Below, piece after piece: positions 37,532-50,630 of a DNA stretch of 64,000 bases; the stretch's first letter is position 1; each line of letters starts with the position of its first letter. The stretch covers positions 1 to 64,000 of the forward strand of contig JBBRAE010000002.1 of assembly GCA_038207085.1 (NCBI GenBank), written 5' to 3'. Below the pieces are notes generated by a model, which had not been told where the DNA came from, searched no databases, and worked only from the letters and a program-made list of their open reading frames with translations. Source of the DNA: Armatimonadota bacterium. Lineage in GTDB: Bacteria > Armatimonadota > UBA5829 > DTLH01. The translations under genes and the position numbers were made by a program.

Positions 37532-38581
37532 TTAAAGAATCGTAATCTGCTTCTCGGAGTCCTCAACGATTTCTCCGATCTCCAACGCAGGCACGCCAGC
37601 TTCGACCATCTTGCGCTGAAGCTCTTCGGCCTTATCGGGTGAGACGCTTATCAGGAGCCCGCCGGAGGTCTGGGGGTCGCAGAGGAGTAGCTTGTCGGCT
37701 TCGGTCGCGTCCGGCGGCCAGACTATTGCGTTGCATTTTTCTAGAAATTCGAGATTGCGGTAAGCGCCGCCCGGGGCCATGTCGCGGGCGAGGAGGTCGC
37801 GGACGCCGCCCATTGTGGGGATGTCGTCCATGCGCACTCGCGCGCCTACGCCGCTTGCGCAGGTCATTTCCCGCAGGTGACCCAGCAGGCTAAAGCCCGT
37901 TACGTCGGTGCAGGAGTTGATTCCGACCTTTTGCATAACCTCGGAGGCCGATTTGTTGAGCGTTGTCATCCAGGTGATCGATTCGGCGACTTGCTCTGTG
38001 GTCGCTGCCCCTCGCTTGACGGCGGTGGAGATCACTCCGGTGCCGATCGGTTTGGTGAGGAAAAGCACGTCCCCCACCCTCGCCGTCGCGTTTGTTATCA
38101 CTTTGTCGGGATGAACGAGACCCATCGCGACAAAGCCGAACTTGGGCTCGGGGTCGTCGATCGAGTGGCCGCCGACTACGCTTACACCAGCCGCCGCAGC
38201 CTGGTCGGCCCCGCCGCGCAGGATATCCTCAAGTATAGAGAGGGGAAGGTCGCGCGCGGGGAAGGCGACTACGTTTAGGCCGATTACAGGAGTGCCCCCC
38301 ATCGCGTAGACGTCGGAGACGGCGTTGGTGACAGCGATGCGGCCGAAGTCGTAGGGGTCGTCGACGATCGGGGTGAAGAAGTCGAGCGTGAGCACCGCGG
38401 CGATGTCGTCTGTAATGCGATAGACGCCGGCGTCGTCGCTTGTGTTGATCCCGACCAGGACGTTGGGGTCGGTGATCGGCGGCAGAAACTTTATCACCTG
38501 CCGAAGATGCTCCGGCCCGATCTTGCACCCGCAGCCCGCGCCGTGGGAAAGTGTCGTAAGTCTAATCTCTTTTTCGGTCAT
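37532..38581 (-). CDS. selD: Selenide, water dikinase (Cys form)
   Basis: RLT....GAGCGCKI, DDAGVY, DFFTPIVDDP, SDVYAMGG, GGHS, DVTGF, DPQTSGGLL; start ATG 38581. Confidence 0.95.
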   Translation of the reverse strand: MTEKEIRLTTLSHGAGCGCKIGPEHLRQVIKFLPPITDPNVLVGINTSDDAGVYRITDDIAAVLTLDFFTPIVDDPYDFGRIAVTNAVSDVYAMGGTPVIGLNVVAFPARDLPLSILEDILRGGADQAAAAGVSVVGGHSIDDPEPKFGFVAMGLVHPDKVITNATARVGDVLFLTKPIGTGVISTAVKRGAATTEQVAESITWMTTLNKSASEVMQKVGINSCTDVTGFSLLGHLREMTCASGVGARVRMDDIPTMGGVRDLLARDMAPGGAYRNLEFLEKCNAIVWPPDATEADKLLLCDPQTSGGLLISVSPDKAEELQRKMVEAGVPALEIGEIVEDSEKQITIL

Positions 38582-38698
38582 CGAAAACCCTCCGCTACTG
38601 TCACTCTGATAACTACTACGTGAGAAGTCCGCCCATTCCTCCTTGACTTCTATACGCCGGTCTGCTAAAACAATGGAAGATATTCCAAGGAGCAAGCG

Positions 38699-40405
38699 AT
38701 GAAAGAGTCTGAACAGGTAAGCATAGAAACACAGGCATACATACTGACGGTGGATATCGACGCGTGGCAGCTCGATTTTGGCTTCGGCGACAAGTCCGAG
38801 CCCGTATTTTCGTCCAACTCTCCCCTGTTGCTCTACCCCGAGATCGTGGGCGCGCATTTGGTGGAGGGAAGCGGCCAGATCGAGTTCTCGGGCTACGACC
38901 CCGCGGGAAACCCCAAGCTCGTAGTGAGCGCGACGCTTGGCGGGAGCACGGAGGGGCGCGTCACCAACACGATCTTCGGACTGCCCGATCGACTGATCTG
39001 CAACGCCGAGTACCTCGCCCTAAGCGATCACGCCGTCGCCCATTGGGTGGTCGCTGCATCGGGTGGCAAGATCAACGCCGATGGGGTGCACGCCTACGTC
39101 GGTCAGCCTCACCTTGAGACAAACGGGCAGGTCTTCGGGCTCGACGGGGTCGATATCTCTACCGCAAGCCACAACTGGTCGTACTTTCCGGTCGTGCCGA
39201 GGGTGCTTCTGAAGCGCGGGCTCTTTAGCGTCTGCGTCGGCGGAACGAGCCTCGCCCACGACTTTGGGATGGAGCTGAAATCAGGCGCGGGAGAGCTCGA
39301 GCACTGGAGGTTCAACTACGGTGGCGAGAAGTGCCCGCTTGAGCTGCCCGGAGGGCGCGTGCACCGGGGACCGAGGCTTCAGATTCAGGTGACGCTCAAC
39401 CTCACCGACGACCAGGCCCACGGCGCGTTCACCCAGGCGATGATGGACGACGGCATCGTCCCCGAAAAGAAGTTCAAGCCGGAGGACGACGTGTGGCTGC
39501 GGCCATGGTACTGCACTTGGGGCGACCAGTTCGTGATGGCGACCGAAAAGCTCGGCACGCGAAATCATCCCGATCACTTCAATGTGACCAAAGAGAACCT
39601 GACCCAGGAGTTCGTGCTCGCCGCCGCGAAAAAGATTCGAGAAGAAGGCCTGAACATCGGGACGATCATAATCGACGAAGGCTGGCAGGACTTTCGGGGC
39701 GACTGGAACCTCCTGACAGAGAAGTTCCCGGACATGCGCGCGCTGGTCGATGAGCTCCACGCCATGGACTTCAAGGTCGCGCTTTGGTGGTCGCCCTTTC
39801 ACACCGAAGCGGGCGCGAAGGTCTTGAAGCACCCTGAAATGCTCGCAGGACCCTCGAAGCACGGGTACATGTGGCTTGACTACACCAACCCCCGCGTGCG
39901 CGACTGGATGGCCGACAAATTCGAGCTGTGGTTTGGAAACGGCCCGGGCCAGTGGGACATCGACGGAATCAAGCTCGACTACATCGCCGAAAAATACTAC
40001 GCGCGCCCCAACCCGATCGACCTCGACTGGTACGGCGAAGAACGCGCCCTTGCGCGGGTCTTTGAGATGGTCTACAAAGCGATCGCCAAGTACAAGCCCT
40101 CCCCCTACCTCTGGGGGCAGCCTTTCAACCCGCACCACCAGCAGTATTTCATCGCCTGTTGTAGCGAGGAGAGCTTCCTGGAGTACGTCACCTTTATGTA
40201 TTCCAAGGTAGCGATGCGCGACGCCCTCTGCCCGGGCCAGCGAGTGACGACCCACTTCAACTATCACGCGCACATGCAGGCCGATTACCTGCGAATGATG
40301 AACCGGATCGACGGCATCCCCCAGATCGGGCTCTTGATGACCGAGCAGGTGACGCCTGAGATTCTTTCCGAGATGCGCGAGCTGTTGGACGAATACTGGG
40401 GATAA
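38699..40405 (+). CDS. Putative glycoside hydrolase (GH31/GH36-like TIM barrel)
   Basis: WYCTWG, IIIDEGWQ, KFPDM..LVDELH, LDYTNP, DGIKLD. Confidence 0.7.
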   Translation: MKESEQVSIETQAYILTVDIDAWQLDFGFGDKSEPVFSSNSPLLLYPEIVGAHLVEGSGQIEFSGYDPAGNPKLVVSATLGGSTEGRVTNTIFGLPDRLICNAEYLALSDHAVAHWVVAASGGKINADGVHAYVGQPHLETNGQVFGLDGVDISTASHNWSYFPVVPRVLLKRGLFSVCVGGTSLAHDFGMELKSGAGELEHWRFNYGGEKCPLELPGGRVHRGPRLQIQVTLNLTDDQAHGAFTQAMMDDGIVPEKKFKPEDDVWLRPWYCTWGDQFVMATEKLGTRNHPDHFNVTKENLTQEFVLAAAKKIREEGLNIGTIIIDEGWQDFRGDWNLLTEKFPDMRALVDELHAMDFKVALWWSPFHTEAGAKVLKHPEMLAGPSKHGYMWLDYTNPRVRDWMADKFELWFGNGPGQWDIDGIKLDYIAEKYYARPNPIDLDWYGEERALARVFEMVYKAIAKYKPSPYLWGQPFNPHHQQYFIACCSEESFLEYVTFMYSKVAMRDALCPGQRVTTHFNYHAHMQADYLRMMNRIDGIPQIGLLMTEQVTPEILSEMRELLDEYWG

Positions 40406-40414
40406 GCAAAACCA

Positions 40415-40479
40415 TTTGGAGTGCGGCGCGCGAGCGCCGCTCGCTTTCACAGAGTGTTTGTCCACGTCCGCACTCCAAA
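40415..40479. repeat. REP-like inverted repeat
   Basis: TTTGGAGTGCGG...CCGCACTCCAAA 12-bp IR. Confidence 0.7.
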
Positions 40480-40540
40480 CCAAGAGCTCCCAATGGTATA
40501 ATATATCGGCAAGTGAACATCGCCAAGAGGGGAATCATCG

Positions 40541-42286
40541 ATGACAGACCAGACTATAGAACAATTGGCAGAACTTCCCGAGCTTGAAAGCGTCAAGCTG
40601 CGATCTGACCAGGCTGCGCTGGTTATGGTCGGCTTTGCCGGAGTGATCGGTGTTCAGGTCGCGTTGATCGCTTTCCTTGCCGTGTTTGCCTGGCCATACA
40701 TGGAGACAATGGGCCGGGTGCTTTGCGCCATTATTGCTTTGCTCGTAGCATTTATCATCCTGCGAGCGCTTGGCGGATACCACAGCATGTGGACCGACCC
40801 AACGGGGCTCACCCTAAAGGGGGTCCTCAGACACAGATTTATACCCTGGATCGACATTGAGCGCGCGACCCTTCGAAAGACCCGCGCCGGGTACAACGTG
40901 CTCTCACTTTGGACCGGGCGCGGCCGGGTGAAGTTCAACCCCTCAGGGATAAGCGGCAGCTCCAGGTCTTCGGACGCGCTTTCGGCGTCGGTATTCCAGC
41001 ACCTCAGGCGTCTTGGGCGAATTGAAGGTATTGAGATCTCAGACTCGATGAAGAGGATTTGGGAGCCGGTGCCCGAGGACGTTCCACGGGAGCTCGACTG
41101 GACCTCCAAAAGCTCAAAGGGGGACATGGTCGGGTTTGCCATCGTTACGCTGATGCTTGGCGGTGGGGCCATCGGGCTGTGGTTTGCCTTTCCACTGAAG
41201 TTTCCGGCGTTTCTGTTCCCCCTATCGCTTACTTTGGCGTCTGCGGCGATGATCTACTGGTTGTTCATCCCGGAGGCCTTTAGAAAAGCCCAGATCGTGT
41301 CGGTACGGGAGGGGTATCTGGAGGCCAACACGTCGCTTGGCAAGGCCTATGTGCCCTGGTCGGAGGTCGTTGGCCATCAGTTTCTCCAGGGTGCTCTTGC
41401 GTTCTACTACGGGGAGAAGCGCCGTGAGCTTCGCGTGCCCTTCATCAAGGGCAACAAAGATAGCGAAGACCTGATCCTCGCGATCATCCGAAAACTTCGG
41501 ACCGCAGGCCTCCCGCAGGCGGTCGCGATTCCTGATATCATCTCACGCGACCGTTCTTCACTATACGACTCAAGCCTGTCGAGCCACGAACGGAGTAGCA
41601 AACTCGCCGCATTCATCAACACGCTGGACCCACAGACCAAAAAGCGCATTATGCCGCTTTGGCGGATGCACATCGGTGCTACGATGCTCGGTTTTCTTTG
41701 TGGAGCGGCTAGCATGTTCACATTTCCGCTTGAGCGGTTGGCGAAATCGCTTCACTCCACCAGCGACACCATCTACTTTATCATCCCGCTAGATATGGGG
41801 TTCGCGATACCTATGATGCTTGGGTTTGCGCTCGTTCTGGCGCTTGTGTCTGATAAGATCGCACGAAAGCGAGTTGGATCGTACCTTGAGGTGTGGAACG
41901 AACTCCAGAAGGTTGCTTCAGGCGGTAAGGCTGGCATTGTCTCGCAGCGGATAGTAATCGGGGTGGTTGCAGCAGCTGTGGTGCTTGCATTCTTGTATGT
42001 CGATGGCTACGCTCGGGTGACCGAACAGGGTATTGCGATCAACCGTTTCTTTGGTGTCGGCGAGGAGTTTCACCATTGGAAAAGCGTGACTAGCATTGAG
42101 ATCGAGGAGTCAAGAGGGAGCGAACGCCACTGCAGCAGCTATGTCTACAGGGTTCGTTTCTCTGATGGCAGAAGTTGGAAGGCAGATGAAGGCAGTGTCG
42201 GTCCACTGACTCGCCGAGACCTGGAGCCCGCAATTGAGCACATCGCGATAGAAAGCCGCGTAACCCCCACCTACACGTACAAATAA
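40541..42286 (+). CDS. Hypothetical multi-pass membrane protein with repeated bacterial PH-like modules
   Basis: Three TM-pair plus soluble units with IPW.DI / VPWSEV / HHWKSV motifs. Confidence 0.6.
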   Translation: MTDQTIEQLAELPELESVKLRSDQAALVMVGFAGVIGVQVALIAFLAVFAWPYMETMGRVLCAIIALLVAFIILRALGGYHSMWTDPTGLTLKGVLRHRFIPWIDIERATLRKTRAGYNVLSLWTGRGRVKFNPSGISGSSRSSDALSASVFQHLRRLGRIEGIEISDSMKRIWEPVPEDVPRELDWTSKSSKGDMVGFAIVTLMLGGGAIGLWFAFPLKFPAFLFPLSLTLASAAMIYWLFIPEAFRKAQIVSVREGYLEANTSLGKAYVPWSEVVGHQFLQGALAFYYGEKRRELRVPFIKGNKDSEDLILAIIRKLRTAGLPQAVAIPDIISRDRSSLYDSSLSSHERSSKLAAFINTLDPQTKKRIMPLWRMHIGATMLGFLCGAASMFTFPLERLAKSLHSTSDTIYFIIPLDMGFAIPMMLGFALVLALVSDKIARKRVGSYLEVWNELQKVASGGKAGIVSQRIVIGVVAAAVVLAFLYVDGYARVTEQGIAINRFFGVGEEFHHWKSVTSIEIEESRGSERHCSSYVYRVRFSDGRSWKADEGSVGPLTRRDLEPAIEHIAIESRVTPTYTYK

Positions 42287-42287
42287 A

Positions 42288-42324
42288 AAGTGAGCGGAAG
42301 GCCCCAAAAACCCTCCGCTCACTT
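42288..42324. terminator. Terminator between convergent genes
   Basis: AAGTGAGCGGA...TCCGCTCACTT. Confidence 0.7.
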
Positions 42325-42345
42325 CACTCTTGATTTACCTTCGAT

Positions 42346-43668
42346 TTAGAACGTGTAGCCAACCTCTCCGTGCTGGCTGAGGTCGAGGCCCATCTCTTCG
42401 TCGTTCTTCTCGGCCCTAAGCGGCGAGAAGACGTTGGTTATCTTGAGCAACAGGTAAGTCGCGACGAGCGAGAACGCCGAGACTGCGCCGATTGCTATCA
42501 ACTGCGCGACCAGAAGCTTGGTCCCGCCGTGGAAGAGGCCCTGGTTTGTGACTGCAGGGTTGATCAGGGCGCTTGAGAAGAGGCCCACCGCGAGCACTCC
42601 CCAGATTCCGCCCATCCCATGCACCGCGAAGACGTCGAGCGAGTCGTCGTAGCGGAACTTGCCCTTCATCATAATCGCGAGGTAGGAGAGGCCGCTTATC
42701 ACGACTCCGATCACAAGCGCCGCCATCGGCCCGATGAACCCCGAGGCCGGAGTTACTGCCGCAAGCCCCGCGATCGCGCCGGACGCCACACCAAGCGCAG
42801 TCGGTCTGCCGTGGTGCAGCCACTCGATGAACATCCACGTGACCGCCGCGGCGCAGCCCGCGGTGTTTGTAGTCAAAAATGCGTTGAAGGCGATACCGTT
42901 TGCCCCAAGCGCGCTTCCGGCGTTGAAACCGAACCATCCAAACCAAAGAAGCGCCGTGCCGACGAGGGTCATCGTCAGGTTGTGGGGCGTAATGTCTTCG
43001 TGACCGTAGCCACGGCGCTGGCCGAGGGCGATCGCGCAGACGAGAGCGGCGATCCCGCTTGTGAGGTGTACGACGATGCCACCGGCGAAGTCGAGCGCGC
43101 CAAGCTCACGGAGCCATCCGCCCGGAGCCCAGACCCAGTGGCAGACGGGGATGTATACCAATGTAAACCAGAGCACGGAGAATATCACGTAGCTCTTGAA
43201 TCGCATGCGTTCGGCAAACGCGCCTGAGATCAGCGCGGGAGTGATGATGGCGAACATCGCCTGGAACATCACAAAGCCGATGTGGGGAATGGTCGGGGCG
43301 TAGTCGGGGTTCGGCGCCTGCCCCACCCCACGCAGGCCGATCCACTCAAAGGAGCCGATCAGCCCCCAGTGGTCGTGCCCGAAGGCGAGCGTGTAGCCGT
43401 AGACGATCCAGAGCACGCCGATGATCGCGACCATCACAAAGCTCTGCAGAATGGTTGCAAGCGAGTTCTTGCGGCGCACCATTCCTGCGTAGAAAAACCC
43501 CAGGCCCGGGGTCATCAGCATTACAAGCGCGCTTGAGATGAGCAGCCAGGCCGTGTCGCCTGTGTCTATCTTGCCTCCATCGGCAAACGCGGGGGCCGCG
43601 CCAAGGCCGAGTACAAGCGCGAAGATGGCAAACGCTCTTAGTTTGCCGAAACGTAGCAGTCCTTTCAC
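42346..43668 (-). CDS. amtB: Ammonium transporter
   Basis: LMTPGL.FFY.G, FQ.MFAIIT, DFAGG.VVH, LWFGWFGFNAGS, DDSLDVFAVHG. Confidence 0.95.
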   Translation of the reverse strand: MKGLLRFGKLRAFAIFALVLGLGAAPAFADGGKIDTGDTAWLLISSALVMLMTPGLGFFYAGMVRRKNSLATILQSFVMVAIIGVLWIVYGYTLAFGHDHWGLIGSFEWIGLRGVGQAPNPDYAPTIPHIGFVMFQAMFAIITPALISGAFAERMRFKSYVIFSVLWFTLVYIPVCHWVWAPGGWLRELGALDFAGGIVVHLTSGIAALVCAIALGQRRGYGHEDITPHNLTMTLVGTALLWFGWFGFNAGSALGANGIAFNAFLTTNTAGCAAAVTWMFIEWLHHGRPTALGVASGAIAGLAAVTPASGFIGPMAALVIGVVISGLSYLAIMMKGKFRYDDSLDVFAVHGMGGIWGVLAVGLFSSALINPAVTNQGLFHGGTKLLVAQLIAIGAVSAFSLVATYLLLKITNVFSPLRAEKNDEEMGLDLSQHGEVGYTF

Positions 43669-43717
43669 CAGGTTGTCCTCCAGGGTGATTGATTCTTGTC
43701 CATGAAGAGTGTACTAA

Positions 43718-46972
<3,255 letters not shown>

Positions 46973-47062
46973 GGACTTCGTGCGGCGGGGAAGCCAAGTT
47001 ATGTTTCCCCGCTGCGGGGGTATACTCCCAGCGCAAGAGCATCAAGAGCGGAGGTATCATAT

Positions 47063-48523
47063 ATGGCAACACGTGGAAAGCCGATTCTCAGGGTCCTGCG
47101 AACTGCATCGATTGGGGTGTTGGCTGTTGCTGCGGTGTCGGCGTTGGTGGCTCGTTCACCTATTGCGGGCACTCAGGCTGATCCTCGGTCCCGGTGTCAG
47201 GACAATCTTCGGCGGCTCTCCGTAGCTCTCAGCGCTTACGTGACTGACTGGGAAGACGTGCTGCCAAACTCATCCCTCTATAGCCGCCGCAGGGAATGGG
47301 ACCCGGGGGCTTTCTCGGCGTTTGCCTCCGAGCCGGGAACTCTTCCCCCGGGGCAGGGGGCCGCCAAAGAGACCTGGCCGATGGTGCTCTACCCGTATCT
47401 CTCCTATGCAGGCGCTGACCCCGGTTGCTTCTGGTGTCCTGCCGATGGCTCCGATTCCTCCAAGGTGTCCTACTACTGGAAAGCTGCTGTAGATGCTGCA
47501 GGGTTTACAAAAGTTGCCCGAATTTCTGAGTTCGCTATCCCGAGCAGGCAGATGGTTCTTTACGAACGTCAGGGATGGCACTGGGGTGGGCGAAGCAGGG
47601 GACTTTGCGACGGGGTAGTCATCAACTGCGCCTACCTTGACGGACACGTCGCTGCGGTTCAGATACAAGACAGTGGCTACAGCCCAAAGGAGCGCCCCGC
47701 CGGGCCGCTTCCAAAGAGCGGAGTAGGGGAGCCTGCATGGTTTAACTTCTCATTCTTCTCTGAGAGTCCTACCCACAGCGTTGGGAGAAACATGGACCCC
47801 GGCGTCTGGGGGGATCGGCTGGTCGAGGTGAAGTGGCCCGTCCACGTGTCGGCCAAACAGACCAAGGCCTCCTGCCAAGAGAACATGAAGCGACTTGGCA
47901 CTGCGCTTGCGATGTATGTGAACGACTGGGACGGCGCGCTTCCAAGCTCCAGGCTCTGTGGAGACAGTCCGACGTGGAACTCTGCGGACTTCGCACGCTT
48001 TGCAGGTGTTCGAGGGAGCATTCCGCCCCGCGGCGGTTCATCGTCGACATGGTCTATGGTTCTTTATCCGTACACAAGGCAAGAGGGCTACCTCTGGTGT
48101 CCGTCTGACCCAAACCGGTTTGATGAGAACCCGTCCTGCGCGACCTCGTACTTCTGGAAGGCGGCGGTCGACGTGGCATGGTACGGCGGACCCGATGGCG
48201 CGGGACGAGCATTTCACAAGTTGGAGGACTTTTCGTATCCGGAAGAGCAGATGGTGCTCTACGAGCGGGCGGGTTGGCACGGAGCAAGGCAAAGGGGGCT
48301 GACAGACGGCATCACGATCAACTGCCTGTTTTTGGACGGGCACGCAGCCGAGCACGTGGTCCGGGAGAGCGGTTACTCACGACAGGAGACCCCTGCTGGG
48401 CCGCTTCCAAGGAGCGGAGTTGGGGAGCCTGCATGGTTTAACTATTCGCTGGGGGCTGATCGCCCGAGGTTTGACAGGGGCGCCAACTGGGACCCAGGCG
48501 TGTGGACGGACAACCTGCCGTAG
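47063..48523 (+). CDS. Protein with two tandem DUF1559/H-X9-DG-like domains
   Basis: Twice C..N...L..AL..Y..DW...LP, WCP.D, SY.WKAAVD, WH...DG..INC..LDGH; N-terminal TM. Confidence 0.75.
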   Translation: MATRGKPILRVLRTASIGVLAVAAVSALVARSPIAGTQADPRSRCQDNLRRLSVALSAYVTDWEDVLPNSSLYSRRREWDPGAFSAFASEPGTLPPGQGAAKETWPMVLYPYLSYAGADPGCFWCPADGSDSSKVSYYWKAAVDAAGFTKVARISEFAIPSRQMVLYERQGWHWGGRSRGLCDGVVINCAYLDGHVAAVQIQDSGYSPKERPAGPLPKSGVGEPAWFNFSFFSESPTHSVGRNMDPGVWGDRLVEVKWPVHVSAKQTKASCQENMKRLGTALAMYVNDWDGALPSSRLCGDSPTWNSADFARFAGVRGSIPPRGGSSSTWSMVLYPYTRQEGYLWCPSDPNRFDENPSCATSYFWKAAVDVAWYGGPDGAGRAFHKLEDFSYPEEQMVLYERAGWHGARQRGLTDGITINCLFLDGHAAEHVVRESGYSRQETPAGPLPRSGVGEPAWFNYSLGADRPRFDRGANWDPGVWTDNLP

Positions 48524-48527
48524 TCTT

Positions 48528-48821
48528 TCAGGCAAACAGGTGATAGTATCCGTGCCGCTCGGCGACTTTCACGTCCATTCCAAAAAGCTCGGAGAGGCTC
48601 TTGCTTGTGAGCAAGTCTTCTTTTTCGCCGTCGCGGAAGATTCGGCCGTCTTTGATCATGATGACGCGGGTGATGGTCTTGATCAGGGTCGACTTGCCGG
48701 AGCCGTTTGGCCCGAGGATTGCGACGTGCTCGCCCTCTTCAATCCTGAAGCTGACCGAGTCGAGCACGGTCTTTTGCCCCAGACACACGCTGGCTCGGTC
48801 AAACTCAAGTAACGCCGGCAT
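48528..48821 (-). pseudogene. ABC ATPase with in-frame internal deletion
   Basis: Walker A GPNGSGKST joined directly to the C-terminal RVIMIKDGRIF; no signature motif or Walker B; 97 aa. Confidence 0.8.
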
Positions 48822-49904
48822 CTAAGGCCTGTGTTCCCGAACTATCTTTCCGACGAGTGCAAACTTCTCCATTGTGACCCCTGGAGGGCAGGAGTCGGAG
48901 TTTGCGAGGACGAACGGGCCGCCGCTGCAGGCGTCGATCACTTCTCGCACGTAAGTTTCGAGCTCGCGCATAGAGAGGTTCAGGAACTTGGTCGGCTCGA
49001 TCCCGCCGATGATCCCGCATGTGTCGCCAAGCGCTTCGCGGGCTTCGACGAGGGTGACGTTTCCCGTCGGCTCGGTCGAGAGGCTCTCGACTGCCTTGAC
49101 TCCGGTCGCCTTCATCGAAGAAAGCAGTTCGCGCACGTGTCCGCAGGCGTGCTGGATGTAGCTTTTGCCAGCCGCTCCCAAAATTTCGCAGATCGAACGA
49201 ATCTCGGGGGCTATGTAGCGGTTATACATCGCGGGGGAGTAGTTCTGGGTGCTTGAGTCCTCCCAGGTGATGAAATACTGATAATCGGAGCCTGCGGCGA
49301 GCCTGGCGGCTTCGAGGTCGCGCGCGGTCGCGGTTCGGATAAATGTCTCGACGGTGTCGGGGTAGTCGGCGAGCATGTAGGCCATCTCTTCGGTGCCAAC
49401 GGAGTGCTCGATCATGGACTGAAACGCGGTTTTCCCCCGGGGCATGGCCATTCCAATGGCGAGCCCTTCCTGCGCGAGCGCGTCAGAAACAGCCGAGTCG
49501 CTTCGCACTTCAAAACGGGTCTGCTCCTCCATCCAAGTCAGGACTTTCAGGTCTTCTTCGGTTTTGGCGAGGTGTTCGACCAGAAACGACGTGTTACCGT
49601 CGGCGCTGTACCGGACGGCGTTACGGATGGAGCCGACCGGGGTCTCGATCACGCTGACAAAGAGCTCGCCGTCCCAGAACTGCTTCATCTCGACGCCGGG
49701 CTGGGTCTGAGTGACAGGGCAGGCCGCGCCGCGCCATATTGGGTCGGCGCCGACCTCACGAAGAAACGCCGCCTGGCCCATATCCTGAATATTTTGGGGG
49801 AAGTTCTCCCAGACGTAGGCCAAAAACGGCGACCAGGGAGTGCGGTCTACCGGTTTGCCTTCAATTGCAGCTACAATGCGCTCGCGGGAAGTCATCTCTT
49901 TCAT
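48822..49904 (-). CDS. Uroporphyrinogen decarboxylase-family protein
   Basis: MTSRERI.AAI.G..VDR.P, YI.P, HACG, IIGGI, GPFVL.....CP. Confidence 0.8.
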   Translation of the reverse strand: MKEMTSRERIVAAIEGKPVDRTPWSPFLAYVWENFPQNIQDMGQAAFLREVGADPIWRGAACPVTQTQPGVEMKQFWDGELFVSVIETPVGSIRNAVRYSADGNTSFLVEHLAKTEEDLKVLTWMEEQTRFEVRSDSAVSDALAQEGLAIGMAMPRGKTAFQSMIEHSVGTEEMAYMLADYPDTVETFIRTATARDLEAARLAAGSDYQYFITWEDSSTQNYSPAMYNRYIAPEIRSICEILGAAGKSYIQHACGHVRELLSSMKATGVKAVESLSTEPTGNVTLVEAREALGDTCGIIGGIEPTKFLNLSMRELETYVREVIDACSGGPFVLANSDSCPPGVTMEKFALVGKIVREHRP

Positions 49905-49912
49905 ATCTGCTC

Positions 49913-50557
49913 CTAAATCGTTTGGGATTCAGCCCATGAGAGAAAGCTGCCCCAAGTGTCAAAGACGCCAGCGGGGCTCAGCGTTTCGAGGTCTTCTCTT
50001 GTGCGGGCGCCCCATGTGACTGCGACCATCGGGACCCCTGCCGCGTCGGCCGACTCGTAATCAAAAAAGCTGTCGCCCACGTACACCGATTCTTCAGCCG
50101 TTACGCCAAGCGCCTGCAGGCCTTTTGTGATCGGCTCGGGGTGGGGCTTGGGGTTGGTGACGTCGTCTGCGCTTATCACTACTTCGAACTTGCCGCCGAG
50201 CCCGAGCGCTCCGAGCACGCGCGTGGTGCCCGCGGCGTTTTTGCTCGTGACAAGCGCGACCTTCAGGCCGAGGGCGTGAAGGCGGTCGAGCATCTCCAGC
50301 GTGCCGTCAAAGAGCCGGTCTCCGTCGGCGTGGTAGTTTCGGTAGACGTCGCGGTAGGTGTCCATAAACTCCTGATCGCGCTCACGGGTAAGAAGCTGAG
50401 CCTGCACAGTGAGGGGAATACCGATCCAGTTGCGCATCTGGGTCTCATCGTAGGGGAGCCCCATAGAGGCGCAAACCTCTCGGCTTGAGCGCAGGATCAC
50501 ACCAATCGTGTCGATCAGAGTGCCGTCCAGGTCGAAAAGAATAGCCTTTATACTCAT
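49913..50557 (-). CDS. HAD-family hydrolase (PpaX-like)
   Basis: FDLDGTLIDT, KPHPEP, YVGDS. Confidence 0.9.
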   Translation of the reverse strand: MSIKAILFDLDGTLIDTIGVILRSSREVCASMGLPYDETQMRNWIGIPLTVQAQLLTRERDQEFMDTYRDVYRNYHADGDRLFDGTLEMLDRLHALGLKVALVTSKNAAGTTRVLGALGLGGKFEVVISADDVTNPKPHPEPITKGLQALGVTAEESVYVGDSFFDYESADAAGVPMVAVTWGARTREDLETLSPAGVFDTWGSFLSWAESQTI

Positions 50558-50630
50558 AACGATGAGATTATAGCACTAGCTGTTGGCTTTTAGCTATCAG
50601 CAGTTAGCTTTGTCGTGGTAAACTTGAATT

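Noticed and set aside
38527..38536. Selenocysteine in the SelD active site
   Set aside because: Codons are TGC (GCGC); no in-frame TGA
38582..38857. 92-aa N-terminal extension of SelD in the ORF track
   Set aside because: Overlaps the divergent GH gene; a GGAGG RBS precedes ATG 38581 where SelD homology starts
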